Shown one piece after another: positions 9,251 through 18,409 of a DNA stretch of 64,000 nucleotides. The notes beneath the pieces were generated by a model. That model was given only the letters and a program-made list of their open reading frames with translations, was not told where the DNA came from and searched no databases. Numbering within the stretch: the first letter of the stretch is position 1; every line of letters starts with the position of its first letter. The position numbers were made by a program, and so were the translations under genes. This DNA is from Candidatus Altimarinota bacterium (lineage in GTDB: Bacteria > Patescibacteriota > Gracilibacteria > 1-14-2-50-48-13). The stretch is taken from contig JBKBWQ010000001.1 of assembly GCA_046314355.1 (NCBI GenBank), forward strand, positions 672,001 to 736,000, written 5' to 3'.

Positions 9251-10672
9251 ATGACAAAGATTGATAAACTATTTGGTATAGTTGCATCCGTATTACTTTT
9301 TATCGTTCTTGGATTGATACTTGGGGGAGATCATACAGTCCCGAAAGTCATGTTTTCACATGCAGAAAAAACTATCACTCCCAAAACAAGCCAACTCTCT
9401 TTTACGTTCAACCGAGAAATGGACAAGAACAGTGTAGAGTCAGGATTTACACTTACACCATCAGTGGAAGGCACTTTTAGTTGGTCAGGGAAAAAAGCTG
9501 CATTTACTCTCTCGAAACCTCTTGAATATACTACTAACTATACTCTTTCTCTCAAGAATGTAATTGATAAAAACGGTGTTCCCTTACCCGCTTATGAATC
9601 TGCATTTAATACAAGGAGTCCGCTTTTGAGTTATATAGGGACCGAAAATGAAGAGAAAAGAAAGATTATTCTTTATGATCTCAATACAAAAATAAAACAG
9701 ATTCTTCCCACGAATAATCTAGATATTTTAAGCATTTATCCTCATCCGAGCGGTCGTTATCTCCTGTTCTTTGCTGTAGATCCTTCCGCTGCTACAAGTA
9801 CTTCTTTAGAAGAATATCAAGAGCTCTATAGCATCAATCTAGAGACAAAGATCATCTCAAAACTCGCCGACAACAAAGGATTCAGAAATAGTGCTCTCTC
9901 CATATCTCCTGACGGAAGCCTTCTTATCATAAGACGGATCGAGCTCGACGAGCATAGATTAGTCTCCCGGTCAGATCATCTCTGGATGGCTTCCTTCCTT
10001 TCTCCTGAATGGAAAAAATTCTGGTATACAGCCGGCAATCCTCCAGTACATTTTACTCCTGATGGCAGATCAGTGCTCGTATGGAACATCAGGGAAGGAT
10101 TTATGCTTCTTCCGATAAGTCAGGGAGATAGTGCCCCTGAACAGATTGGGAACTTTGAACGAAGTTTTGGATTTAGTCCTGACGGTTCTAAGGCACTATT
10201 CACAGAGTTTGAAATGGAAGGCACTACAAGAAATTTTAATCATGTGGTAGCTTTTTATAATAAGGGAGAAAAAATGCCTCTTCTCAAAAATACCGGATCC
10301 ATCATGAATCCTTCTTTTTCAAAGAACGGACGATTTTTTTATTATGTGATGATGAGAAAAGAAGATAATACTCTCGGTGCTCCCCTTTTCCATCTTTATG
10401 CTTATGATTTTGACAAGAATGCTGTACGAGCTATCACACAAGATCCGAATTTTTCAGAGGAACATTTTGCTATATCTCCAGATGAAACTCAGGTTGTATT
10501 CGAAAGATTTCCTTATCTAAGTACAGAAAATAAAGGGATCGATCATCGTCCACTCCTTGAAGCTGCAGAAAAAAGTTATGCCGGAGCCGAACTTTGGAGT
10601 TATGAGACAAATACCATGGGAGGTTTAAAGAACCTTGGAATTAAAGGCAGAAGCCCGAAGTGGGTTGAGTAA
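9251..10672 (+). CDS. Membrane-anchored Ig-like (Big_5/SbsA) plus TolB-like beta-propeller protein
   Basis: N-terminal TM, an Ig motif (TFNREMDKNSVE...FSWSG...LEYTTNYTL), and repeated SPDG/TPDG blades. 1-bp gap from the ycgQ-like gene. Confidence 0.8.
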   Translation: MTKIDKLFGIVASVLLFIVLGLILGGDHTVPKVMFSHAEKTITPKTSQLSFTFNREMDKNSVESGFTLTPSVEGTFSWSGKKAAFTLSKPLEYTTNYTLSLKNVIDKNGVPLPAYESAFNTRSPLLSYIGTENEEKRKIILYDLNTKIKQILPTNNLDILSIYPHPSGRYLLFFAVDPSAATSTSLEEYQELYSINLETKIISKLADNKGFRNSALSISPDGSLLIIRRIELDEHRLVSRSDHLWMASFLSPEWKKFWYTAGNPPVHFTPDGRSVLVWNIREGFMLLPISQGDSAPEQIGNFERSFGFSPDGSKALFTEFEMEGTTRNFNHVVAFYNKGEKMPLLKNTGSIMNPSFSKNGRFFYYVMMRKEDNTLGAPLFHLYAYDFDKNAVRAITQDPNFSEEHFAISPDETQVVFERFPYLSTENKGIDHRPLLEAAEKSYAGAELWSYETNTMGGLKNLGIKGRSPKWVE

Positions 10673-10675
10673 AAA

Positions 10676-10765
10676 CCCTAATTCTTAATTCTTAATCCTC
10701 ATCCTTAATGCTCGAGCAAAATGCTAAAGATAAAGATGAGAACAAAGAGAAGAATTAGGGGTAGT
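10676..10765. repeat. Short tandem heptamer-like repeats (TAATTCT) with inverted flanks between convergent genes
   Basis: ccctaattcttaattcttaatcctcatccttaat at the left end; aagaattaggg at the right end is the reverse complement of ccctaattctt. Confidence 0.55.
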
Positions 10766-10767
10766 TC

Positions 10768-11172
10768 TTAGCAGTCAAGCTGAGGAATATTCCCTGTCTG
10801 AAAACCTATTTGTTCTAATACAGAGAGTTTTAATTTGTCCTTACTATTCGCAACCACACCGTTGCAACAATTGTAAAAGGCAAACTTCACACCAAACTGC
10901 TCTTCTAAGATCATTCTGCAGATATCAGTACCTAACAGTCTTGCAATCTGCCTTCCAAGTAAACTATTGGGATCTTCAGTAAAAAGAAACCGTTCTTCAT
11001 TACTTACTTTGAATGCAGCCACAAAGTCTCTGATATATGCTACTCCTTCTTGAAGATCTATTTGAATCCCCTCCCAGAGTATAGCGATCTGTTCTTTTTC
11101 TGTTTTTGTACTTAGATCTTCAAATGTAAGACCTTTATTTTGTAATACTTTTTTTACTGACTGAAATGACAT
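10768..11172 (-). CDS. SCO5389-like protein (partner of actinobacterial-type CooC-like ATPases)
   Basis: GRQIARLLGTDICRMILEEQFGVKFAFYNCC and the terminal DC parallel the SCO5389 pattern as I recall it (GQLLRALASD..R..L..HFGVRLAFQNCH...DC). It lies directly downstream of the CooC-like gene. Confidence 0.7.
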   Translation of the reverse strand: MSFQSVKKVLQNKGLTFEDLSTKTEKEQIAILWEGIQIDLQEGVAYIRDFVAAFKVSNEERFLFTEDPNSLLGRQIARLLGTDICRMILEEQFGVKFAFYNCCNGVVANSKDKLKLSVLEQIGFQTGNIPQLDC

Positions 11173-11239
11173 ATAGATTCCCCCTATGTCTTGATAAATA
11201 ATGTTTCAATAGTGATGTACATTCACTACTGAATTCTAT

Positions 11240-12178
11240 CTACCAATCTTTGTAAGAGAATCCGGGATCAATTTGCAGCGACAAATCTTTTCCAACAGAA
11301 GCATTTCCCCAACTAAGTGCATTTTTTTTGTGAAAAAAGTATGTCTGCTGCTGATAGTGGTCCCAGTCTCTTTTCTGCTCCTTTAATGCATGTATTATAG
11401 AGCTCAGAGTCTGCTGATTCTTCACGTCTAATTCCATCACTTCATATAACTCTCCCCTTTCATTTTCTCTTACCTTTTGCTCCATATAAAATACAGCAAG
11501 GAGATCAGGACCTAATTGAGACTTTAAAAATAGAATATCATCCTCATTTAAAATTTTATTGCCTACCGCATAGAGACACACATTAAATTCTGTACAGTAT
11601 TTTTTATACTGATGAAATACTGATAGAGATTTAAAAGTAGGCTCAACTATGACACAAGTCATATCAAACTTTGTAAATAATCCCGAAGAAAAGGCGTCTG
11701 CTCCAGCAGTCATGTCAATAATAATACATTCATCTCTTTCATCTTTGAGATGATTCAAAAGCAGCTCAATACTGCCAGTCTTTGCATGATAACATTTGGT
11801 GCCTATATCATCTTCAGTAATCTCTCCGGCATTAATCAGTTTAATACCCCGAGAGAAAGATACATACTTATCCCAGAAAGAATGCTGCCCCTTTAAGAGA
11901 AGCTTTTGAGATCCTTTCCCTGGGGGAGTTGTCTTCAACATTTCTGATATGTCTGTAATCAATGAATTATTTCCTTTTATATATTCCTTCAAATACATGA
12001 TCGCTTCTGAAAGTGAAGGCTTCTGTCTCTCGATTCCAAAGAGAGTACTTTCTAGATGCTGATTGATGTCAGCATCTAGAGCTAAAACTTCATTAAAAAA
12101 TTCTTTTGAATACAAGGCAAATGCACTTGATAAGGTAGTTTTTCCACTGCCGCCTTTCCCGACAAAAGCAATTCTCAT
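11240..12178 (-). CDS. CooC-like (MinD/Mrp class) metallochaperone ATPase
   Basis: Deviant Walker A GKGGSGKTT, plus LDADINQHL, KTTPPG, CYH (in place of the CooC CxC), DMTAGAD and VGNK. Confidence 0.85.
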   Translation of the reverse strand: MRIAFVGKGGSGKTTLSSAFALYSKEFFNEVLALDADINQHLESTLFGIERQKPSLSEAIMYLKEYIKGNNSLITDISEMLKTTPPGKGSQKLLLKGQHSFWDKYVSFSRGIKLINAGEITEDDIGTKCYHAKTGSIELLLNHLKDERDECIIIDMTAGADAFSSGLFTKFDMTCVIVEPTFKSLSVFHQYKKYCTEFNVCLYAVGNKILNEDDILFLKSQLGPDLLAVFYMEQKVRENERGELYEVMELDVKNQQTLSSIIHALKEQKRDWDHYQQQTYFFHKKNALSWGNASVGKDLSLQIDPGFSYKDW

Positions 12179-12187
12179 AAAATATTA

Positions 12188-12234
12188 TGCAACTATGTTG
12201 CGCTATTTATACACAACTGAGTTGCGTATGTCAA
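12188..12234 (-). promoter_or_regulatory. sigma70 promoter of the CooC-like gene overlapped by two putative Zur/Fur boxes
   Basis: Minus strand TTGACA (12234-12229)-17 bp-TATAAA (12211-12206). Boxes: TGCAACTATGTTGCG (12188-12202) and CACAACTGAGTTGCG (12212-12226). Confidence 0.72.
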
Positions 12235-12363
12235 GAAAATAAACTTAATAACGAGTAATAAAGTAATACGAGATATTTATTAAGCTCTTTTCGGATCAAA
12301 TCATCATGCTCTTGCCTCACATCTCTTACGCCACTATACTACCTACAACATTACACTACTTCT

Positions 12364-12807
12364 ATGCACGAACATCTTTCCGGTACACATTCAAAATTAA
12401 AGGACGACCTTAAATCTCAGGGGTTCCGTATGACAAAAACCCGAGAGAGTATCCTGAAGATTCTTTCACACCACAAGGAGCCAATAAGTGTTCCTGAGAT
12501 TTTAGAATGTCTCTCTCACGAGGATATTAATGTAAATAAAACCACAGCCTATAGAGAACTTGATTTTCTACTTGAACAAGGATTCATACAGGAGCTTGAT
12601 TTCGGAGATAGAAAAAAAAGGTATGAGCTCTCAGAGAGAGATCATCATCATCACCTTATTTGTGAAAATTGTACTAGTGTACAAGATATAGCACTAGATG
12701 AAGATCTAAAAAAAGAAGAAGAAATAATCAAAAAATCAACCGGCTTTCAGGTAAAAAGACATGCGTTAGAATTTTTTGGATTATGTGAGAAGTGTAGAAA
12801 AGAGTAA
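12364..12807 (+). CDS. Fur-family metalloregulator (probably Zur)
   Basis: Motifs RMTKTR, TAYRELDFL, HHHHLICENC, and a C-terminal GLCEKC. Confidence 0.9.
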   Translation: MHEHLSGTHSKLKDDLKSQGFRMTKTRESILKILSHHKEPISVPEILECLSHEDINVNKTTAYRELDFLLEQGFIQELDFGDRKKRYELSERDHHHHLICENCTSVQDIALDEDLKKEEEIIKKSTGFQVKRHALEFFGLCEKCRKE

Positions 12808-12825
12808 TGAAGACTTCTTCCTACA

Positions 12826-13398
12826 TTACTCTTTTAACAGTGCTTTAAATTCTGCTACTTCCTTCTGCTGAGTCAGTACAATGTCCCTAGCCATCTTCTG
12901 AAGCTCAGGTCTCTTTGTGTATTTCATGAGATCATAGGCCATCTCAATAGCTCCTTCATGATGGATAATCATGCCTGTCATATATGCTTTATCAAGAGCA
13001 GCAGGAGATAGGTCTGTGAGCTTAGGCATCATCTGCATGTATTGATTATGATCAGTAACATCCTTTCCAAACCACGTATTACTCCACTCCTTCATCTCAG
13101 CAATCTCTTTCTCCTGCGCATCCACGATTCTCTGAGCAATAACACGAAGCTTCTCATTCTTTGACGTCTCCAGTAAATTCTTGGAACTTATCACTGCCTC
13201 TTCATGATGTGGAATCATCTTAGCTATAAACTCCTCATCAGAAGCTGCCTGCATCATCGAAGTCATATCATGCATAGCTGCCCCAGAAGACATAGAACTA
13301 CCAGAAGAATGACTCACATTTTCCGAAATAGACTGAGTACCACAGCCAGAGAGCAATAGCAAAAAACTCAAAGTAGAAAGAGAAATGAGCTTTTTCAT
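12826..13398 (-). CDS. DUF305 (CopM-like) metal-binding lipoprotein
   Basis: Lipobox LLSGC, a Met-rich segment, and two M(I)xHHxxA(V/I) ferritin-like repeats. Confidence 0.88.
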   Translation of the reverse strand: MKKLISLSTLSFLLLLSGCGTQSISENVSHSSGSSMSSGAAMHDMTSMMQAASDEEFIAKMIPHHEEAVISSKNLLETSKNEKLRVIAQRIVDAQEKEIAEMKEWSNTWFGKDVTDHNQYMQMMPKLTDLSPAALDKAYMTGMIIHHEGAIEMAYDLMKYTKRPELQKMARDIVLTQQKEVAEFKALLKE

Positions 13399-13722
13399 AG
13401 GAAGAGGAAAAATAGAATATATGACTGAAGTATAGCACCGCAGGAGGCGGAGTGGAAGAGTAACTAGTGACTAGTTACTTATAGTAACTCCAGAATCTAT
13501 AAGTAGACTCAATGATAACGTGCACAAAACTTATGTATTTGGATACTGCAGTTCTGACTTTAGAGATATCTGATTACTCTTAGAAAGCACCCCCTCTGCC
13601 AGACGCTTTTCTCCTCCCCCAAGACTTTTGGTTACCTTTTGGTCACAAAAGTAACGCCCCACCGGCAGGTGAAGAAGAAACAACCTATGAAACACTCCTC
13701 TAATAAACCACTACCCCACAAT

Positions 13723-13747
13723 GGGTTCCCGCATACGCGGGAATGAC
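13723..13747. repeat. REP/dRS3-like palindrome GGGTTCCCGCATACGCGGGAATGAC
   Basis: Hairpin TTCCCGC-ATAC-GCGGGAA with a GTCA tail on the minus strand. GC-rich within an AT-rich spacer. Confidence 0.65.
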
Positions 13748-13850
13748 ATATATTACACAGCTATTTTGATTCTTTATTAAAGAATATCCCTTCCTCTCCC
13801 CTCTCTTTTTCATTATAGTGATCCCAACTTTACCTCTCATCTTACCCTCT

Positions 13851-14411
13851 ATGATTCTCTCAGACCGCGATATCAAAGCAGCTCTCGACCAGGGAAATAT
13901 TACCGTAAGCCCCTATGATCCCAAGTATCTTCAGCCGGCATCAATAGATCTGCACCTTGATAAGCACTTTCTTGTGTTTGATAGCCTCTGCAACTATGTC
14001 ATAGATCCAAAAAAGCCTATGGATGATATGATGAAAGAGGTGGTCATAGATGAAGAACATCCCTTTGTGCTGCATCCAGGAGAGTTTGCACTAGGACTTA
14101 TCTATGAGACTACTGGAGTATCAGATGGGTATGTGGGAAGACTTGAAGGAAAAAGCTCTGTAGGAAGAATGGGAGTACTTATCCATGTAACAGCGGGATT
14201 TCTTGACCCAGGAAATTCTCTTAAAATGACATTGGAGCTTCATAATGTATCAAATCTGCCAATCTTGCTCTACTACAAAATGCCTATCGCTCAGATGGCC
14301 TTTGAGCAAATGTCTTCTCCCTGTGAAAAACCTTACTCCAAAGAACTAGGAAGTAAGTATGCAGGTGATATGAAACCGCGAGCGAGCCAAATGTGGAAAA
14401 ATTTTCTGTAA
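13851..14411 (+). CDS. dcd: dCTP deaminase
   Basis: Starts MILSDRDI. Motifs QPASIDL, LHPGEF, EGKSSVGR, TAGFLDPG, TLEL, IAQ. Confidence 0.95.
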   Translation: MILSDRDIKAALDQGNITVSPYDPKYLQPASIDLHLDKHFLVFDSLCNYVIDPKKPMDDMMKEVVIDEEHPFVLHPGEFALGLIYETTGVSDGYVGRLEGKSSVGRMGVLIHVTAGFLDPGNSLKMTLELHNVSNLPILLYYKMPIAQMAFEQMSSPCEKPYSKELGSKYAGDMKPRASQMWKNFL

Positions 14412-14424
14412 GAAAATAATTTTT

Positions 14425-14943
14425 CTACTTTTTCTCCATAACAATAGCCTCACCCATAAAAGGAAGTTCATGTATCAGATCATGAGCTTCCTTTTCAAAA
14501 TGAGAAAGAAGCTGAGACATAATTTTTTGAGCAGAATCAAAGTCTTCAAAGATCATATATTTCTCCCAACCCGGAGAGACGAATACTTCTTTTTTATTCT
14601 TAGCATCAAAGGAATTTACAAAAGTATGAAACTTTGTACTTGGCATCCGAAGAATAGTCTTAGTAATATCTAATTCAGGCTTTTCAATAAAAAGGTTTGT
14701 ATAAATAGAAAATCTTAACCCCTCCATATCTACGATAAATCTTGATTTTTCCTCATTATTTCGGATCTGATTCCATAATTGTTCGGCGAGCCACTGAGCT
14801 TCAAGTCTAAAAGTCTGACCTATAATAGAGTGCTTATCTATGGAAAAATATTCAATCAAAGTATCTTCGATACGTTTTATCTGTACCTGTTCTTCTATTT
14901 TTTCTTTCTCCTTAGTTCTTTCAATATGTTTTAGTAGATTCAT
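14425..14943 (-). CDS. Hypothetical protein
   Basis: Open frame. The likely ATG start is MNLLKHIE; start uncertain. Confidence 0.6.
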   Translation of the reverse strand: MNLLKHIERTKEKEKIEEQVQIKRIEDTLIEYFSIDKHSIIGQTFRLEAQWLAEQLWNQIRNNEEKSRFIVDMEGLRFSIYTNLFIEKPELDITKTILRMPSTKFHTFVNSFDAKNKKEVFVSPGWEKYMIFEDFDSAQKIMSQLLSHFEKEAHDLIHELPFMGEAIVMEKK

Positions 14944-15071
14944 ACACAATATAGTAATAGCGGCACGTACTATCGTGTATCTATGCTCAGAAGTCAAGAA
15001 AAGTTTTGCGACTTCGTATTTGCAAAAAGTATAAAAAAAAGTAGGATAAGGCTACCTACTAATTATGAATT

Positions 15072-15383
15072 ATGAATCCTCAAGATATTCCTGAAATACT
15101 ACCAGCTGGTATGGACGAAGAAAGATTTTTAGAAATGGAAGGCCATGTCCTGAGAGTTATGGACATGAATGAGCACGATAAAATGGCAGAACCTATCGAA
15201 GCCGAGAGAGGCGAGCTCAGATATTTCTGCAAAAACAAAGACTGCACGCAAAATACAGGACCATATACGTTAGATTATGATCCTGAGACTACCTATAAAG
15301 CACCTATATGTCCTGCATGCGGAGGCTCCCAAGTAAGCTTAGGTACAAGAGAGAGTATCGTTTCACACTTCCGGATCAAATAG
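15072..15383 (+). CDS. Small Zn-ribbon protein
   Basis: Cysteine pairs CKNKDC and CPACGG, with an acidic N-terminus. Confidence 0.75.
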   Translation: MNPQDIPEILPAGMDEERFLEMEGHVLRVMDMNEHDKMAEPIEAERGELRYFCKNKDCTQNTGPYTLDYDPETTYKAPICPACGGSQVSLGTRESIVSHFRIK

Positions 15384-15385
15384 TT

Positions 15386-16447
15386 CTACTCCTCGTTTAG
15401 ACTTAAATTCGCACGCTTTACACGGAGAAGATATTCTTCACCGATAGTGTCGTTTACCTTTCCTTCAAGCATAAGATTCTCGATGGCTTTTTCCATGGTA
15501 ATCATTCCATCAGACTTTGAAGTCTCAAGGATAGAGCGGATCTGATATGTCTGTCCTTTTCGGATAAGATGAGCGATTGCATGGTTATTGAACATGATCT
15601 CCACTGCAGGGATAACTCCAGTCCCCTCCTTATTTGGAATAAGCGACTGCCATACTACAGCACGAAGGACCTGTGAAAGCTGTACCCGGGTCTGCTGCTG
15701 TCTGTCAGCTGGAAATGCATCAATAATACGGTCAATAGCGTGGATAGCTCCTGCTGTATGTAGTGTAGAAAATACAAGTGCTCCTGTCTCAGCTGCGGTC
15801 ATAGCAAGAGACATTGTCTCAAGGTCTCGCATTTCTCCAAGTAAAAGAACATCTACTGCTTCACGGAAAGAACCTCTAAGAGCCTTAAAGAAGTTATGTG
15901 AATGTTCAGGGATTTCACGCTGATCCACAAGAGACTGTTTATTTTCAAACTGGTACTCAATCGGATCTTCAATGGTCACAATATGTTTCTGGAAATTCTC
16001 GTTGATATAGTCGATAATACTCGCCATAGACGTACTCTTACCTGATCCCATAGTACCCGTAAAGAGAATCAGACCGTTTGAATATTCTGTAAACTTCAAA
16101 AATTCATGTACAGGTACAGAAAGTGTATCAAGTGCAGGTATCTTGCTTTTAATAGGACGGAATACAAGTGCTCCGCCTCGTCCTGTCATAGATGCATTTA
16201 CTCGAAATCTAGAAAGTCCTGCAATACTTACACCAAAGTCCAAATCCTTCTCCTTCTTGAAAAAATCCTTTGCGTGAGCATGAGTGAGCTCAACAAGATA
16301 ATTTTCAATATCCTCTGATGTAAGAATAGGAAGATCCTCTTGGAAGAGTACTTTACCCATGACTTTAAAGGCAGGATGAGAGCCGGTACTTAAGAATATA
16401 TCTGAAGCATTGAGATCAAGTGCCTGACGAAGGTATGTTTGAAGCAT
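15386..16447 (-). CDS. pilT: PilT/PilU type IV pilus retraction ATPase
   Basis: Motifs ASDIFL, RFRVNA, GTMGSGKST, TIEDPIE, LLGEMRDLET, AAETG, STLHT, and the AHLIR (AIRNLIRE-like) motif. Confidence 0.92.
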   Translation of the reverse strand: MLQTYLRQALDLNASDIFLSTGSHPAFKVMGKVLFQEDLPILTSEDIENYLVELTHAHAKDFFKKEKDLDFGVSIAGLSRFRVNASMTGRGGALVFRPIKSKIPALDTLSVPVHEFLKFTEYSNGLILFTGTMGSGKSTSMASIIDYINENFQKHIVTIEDPIEYQFENKQSLVDQREIPEHSHNFFKALRGSFREAVDVLLLGEMRDLETMSLAMTAAETGALVFSTLHTAGAIHAIDRIIDAFPADRQQQTRVQLSQVLRAVVWQSLIPNKEGTGVIPAVEIMFNNHAIAHLIRKGQTYQIRSILETSKSDGMITMEKAIENLMLEGKVNDTIGEEYLLRVKRANLSLNEE

Positions 16448-16550
16448 AGAGAAAAATTAGGATATTCATAGAAGTATAACATAAAGTGTATACTTCTTAC
16501 AATATCGCATTCATACAGAATATAAATTTATACCATTCTCAATCATAGCA

Positions 16551-17960
16551 CTACTTTTTTACCCTTGGAGTACTTGTTCCATCTGCTTGTTGCTTCAATA
16601 TTGATAACAAACGTATATATTTATCCACCGATTGTAATTCTTCTTTTGTAAGATTCGGTTTTTTGAAATCAATTTTTGTAACTTGATCAGCGTAGTTCTT
16701 GAGCGTAGTACTTTGCATTTTTGATATTTTTTGAGAAGAGATATATGTTCGTAACTCTGTATCATTTTGAAAAAGTAACTTAATATCTCTTAATTTATCA
16801 GACCATTTGTCGCTGCCGTATTCTTCTTGGGCAGCCATAGTGCCAGCTTCTTCTAGAGTTTGTGTAAATGAACTATGTTCCTCTTCACTTTCTTCTATTT
16901 TTTGAGATATTTTTGATGAAGTATCTACTAATAGCTTCCAATATGCATTATATTTTTCTACGTAATCTTGCGCATCAGTTTTGAGGGCAGTTCTTAGTTC
17001 CATTGCAGATTGCGTAATATTCGACAATTTATGCTGTTTAATATACTCATTAATTTTCTGTCCCTGAGGATTATATGTAAGAAAATGATCAATAGTATTC
17101 ATTCTATTTAATAATACATCTTGATCAATAAGTCCTGTACCATGCTCATTAGGACGAGTCTTGAAAAGGTCTTCCAAAGTTACTTTCATGAAGTTTCTTG
17201 ATTTATCTACATCATTTTGCAATGAATTATTATTTAAGATATTTCCTTTATCATCAAACACAAGCCTTCCTAAAGAAGAGGATCTATCAAGTAACTGACG
17301 TGACAGATCTTGTGAGACATATACTTCTTTTTGATTTAAGAAAGCTTTATATAAAGGAAGAAAATTAGTATGGTCTTTATTTACAGGAGAAAAATATGAG
17401 TATTCCTTCTTACCATTAATGGTCATTTCTTTTTGATAAATATTTCCTTTGAAAGGTGTGACTTCTTTAGAATCCATCTGCGCAAGTTTGATAGCTGATT
17501 CTGGATCTCGAATTAACTTCGAAAGATTAGTAAATTTTTCCTGTTCACCTGCATCATTCAATTTACTTACAGCATTATTAATTGTTTTAGCATTTTCTAA
17601 AAAAATGTTATTTTTATCAGCGCTTAAAGAAAAAGAATTAAGATCAAAATGTTTATTATTTAATTCTGTAGCAGTATTTAATAAATTGCTGGCTTCATTT
17701 TTTTTATCTTCTATTCCAGAATTAAATGTTGTTACCAATCCTCCTACATTTAAATCTATAGGCTTAATATTAAAACTCTTTACATCAATTTTCTTTTGAT
17801 CAAATCCGTTAACAACTTTTAATGCATTGTCTAGAACAACATCATTCTTTGTCTTAAAGTCTTTTAGTTTATCCGAAATATTATCAAAAGCATTAAATTT
17901 CTTTTCACTAAACGTGCCTTCAAATTTCGAATTATTAAGAGAAAAATTTTCAGAAGACAT
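16551..17960 (-). CDS. Large lineage-specific hydrophilic protein (Asn/Lys-rich, helical)
   Basis: 469-aa ORF in AT-rich DNA, no TM or signal peptide, 3 bp downstream of a small helical gene. Confidence 0.75.
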   Translation of the reverse strand: MSSENFSLNNSKFEGTFSEKKFNAFDNISDKLKDFKTKNDVVLDNALKVVNGFDQKKIDVKSFNIKPIDLNVGGLVTTFNSGIEDKKNEASNLLNTATELNNKHFDLNSFSLSADKNNIFLENAKTINNAVSKLNDAGEQEKFTNLSKLIRDPESAIKLAQMDSKEVTPFKGNIYQKEMTINGKKEYSYFSPVNKDHTNFLPLYKAFLNQKEVYVSQDLSRQLLDRSSSLGRLVFDDKGNILNNNSLQNDVDKSRNFMKVTLEDLFKTRPNEHGTGLIDQDVLLNRMNTIDHFLTYNPQGQKINEYIKQHKLSNITQSAMELRTALKTDAQDYVEKYNAYWKLLVDTSSKISQKIEESEEEHSSFTQTLEEAGTMAAQEEYGSDKWSDKLRDIKLLFQNDTELRTYISSQKISKMQSTTLKNYADQVTKIDFKKPNLTKEELQSVDKYIRLLSILKQQADGTSTPRVKK

Positions 17961-17963
17961 AAA

Positions 17964-18284
17964 TTAGTTGTTATTGAAGTTATTTAGAAGGTCGCTTGTT
18001 TCATTTTCTACCTCTTTAGACTCAAGCAACTCTATAGTATGAAGTAGTACTTTCTTTTCACTATTGATTTTTTCAGCAAGTGTATTGATTTTCTTAGCAG
18101 TTTCTTCAATGTCCTGCTGAATAAGTTCTTCATTTTGTAACACTAATTCCCTGCACTGTTCAAGAATTGGTTCAGCTTCCGCCATAGTCAGTTCAGATGC
18201 TTCTTCTTTAAGACGTATAGTTTTTATAAGTTCTGGTTTAATGTAACCATATGATGCTAATTCATCGCTAATTGGAGTACTCAT
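17964..18284 (-). CDS. Small acidic coiled-coil protein
   Basis: 106 aa, heptad-rich, ending E..E.ETSDLLNNF. Confidence 0.75.
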   Translation of the reverse strand: MSTPISDELASYGYIKPELIKTIRLKEEASELTMAEAEPILEQCRELVLQNEELIQQDIEETAKKINTLAEKINSEKKVLLHTIELLESKEVENETSDLLNNFNNN

Positions 18285-18361
18285 AAAGCAAAAATAATTT
18301 AATATCTACATAATATACAATAAAATTAATAATATGTAAAGTATTCAGAATGTACTATAGA

Positions 18362-18390
18362 AAAAACCTGTTCCATTTAAACAGGTTTTT
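18362..18390 (-). terminator. Intrinsic terminator downstream of proS
   Basis: AAAAACCTGTT-loop-AACAGGTTTTT inverted repeat. Confidence 0.65.
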
Positions 18391-18409
18391 CCACGAGCTT
18401 TAAAATTCA

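Noticed and set aside
11240-12178. ParA/MinD partition ATPase or true CooC
   Set aside because: It has the CYH/DMTAG signature and an SCO5389-like partner, with no parB or CODH genes nearby.
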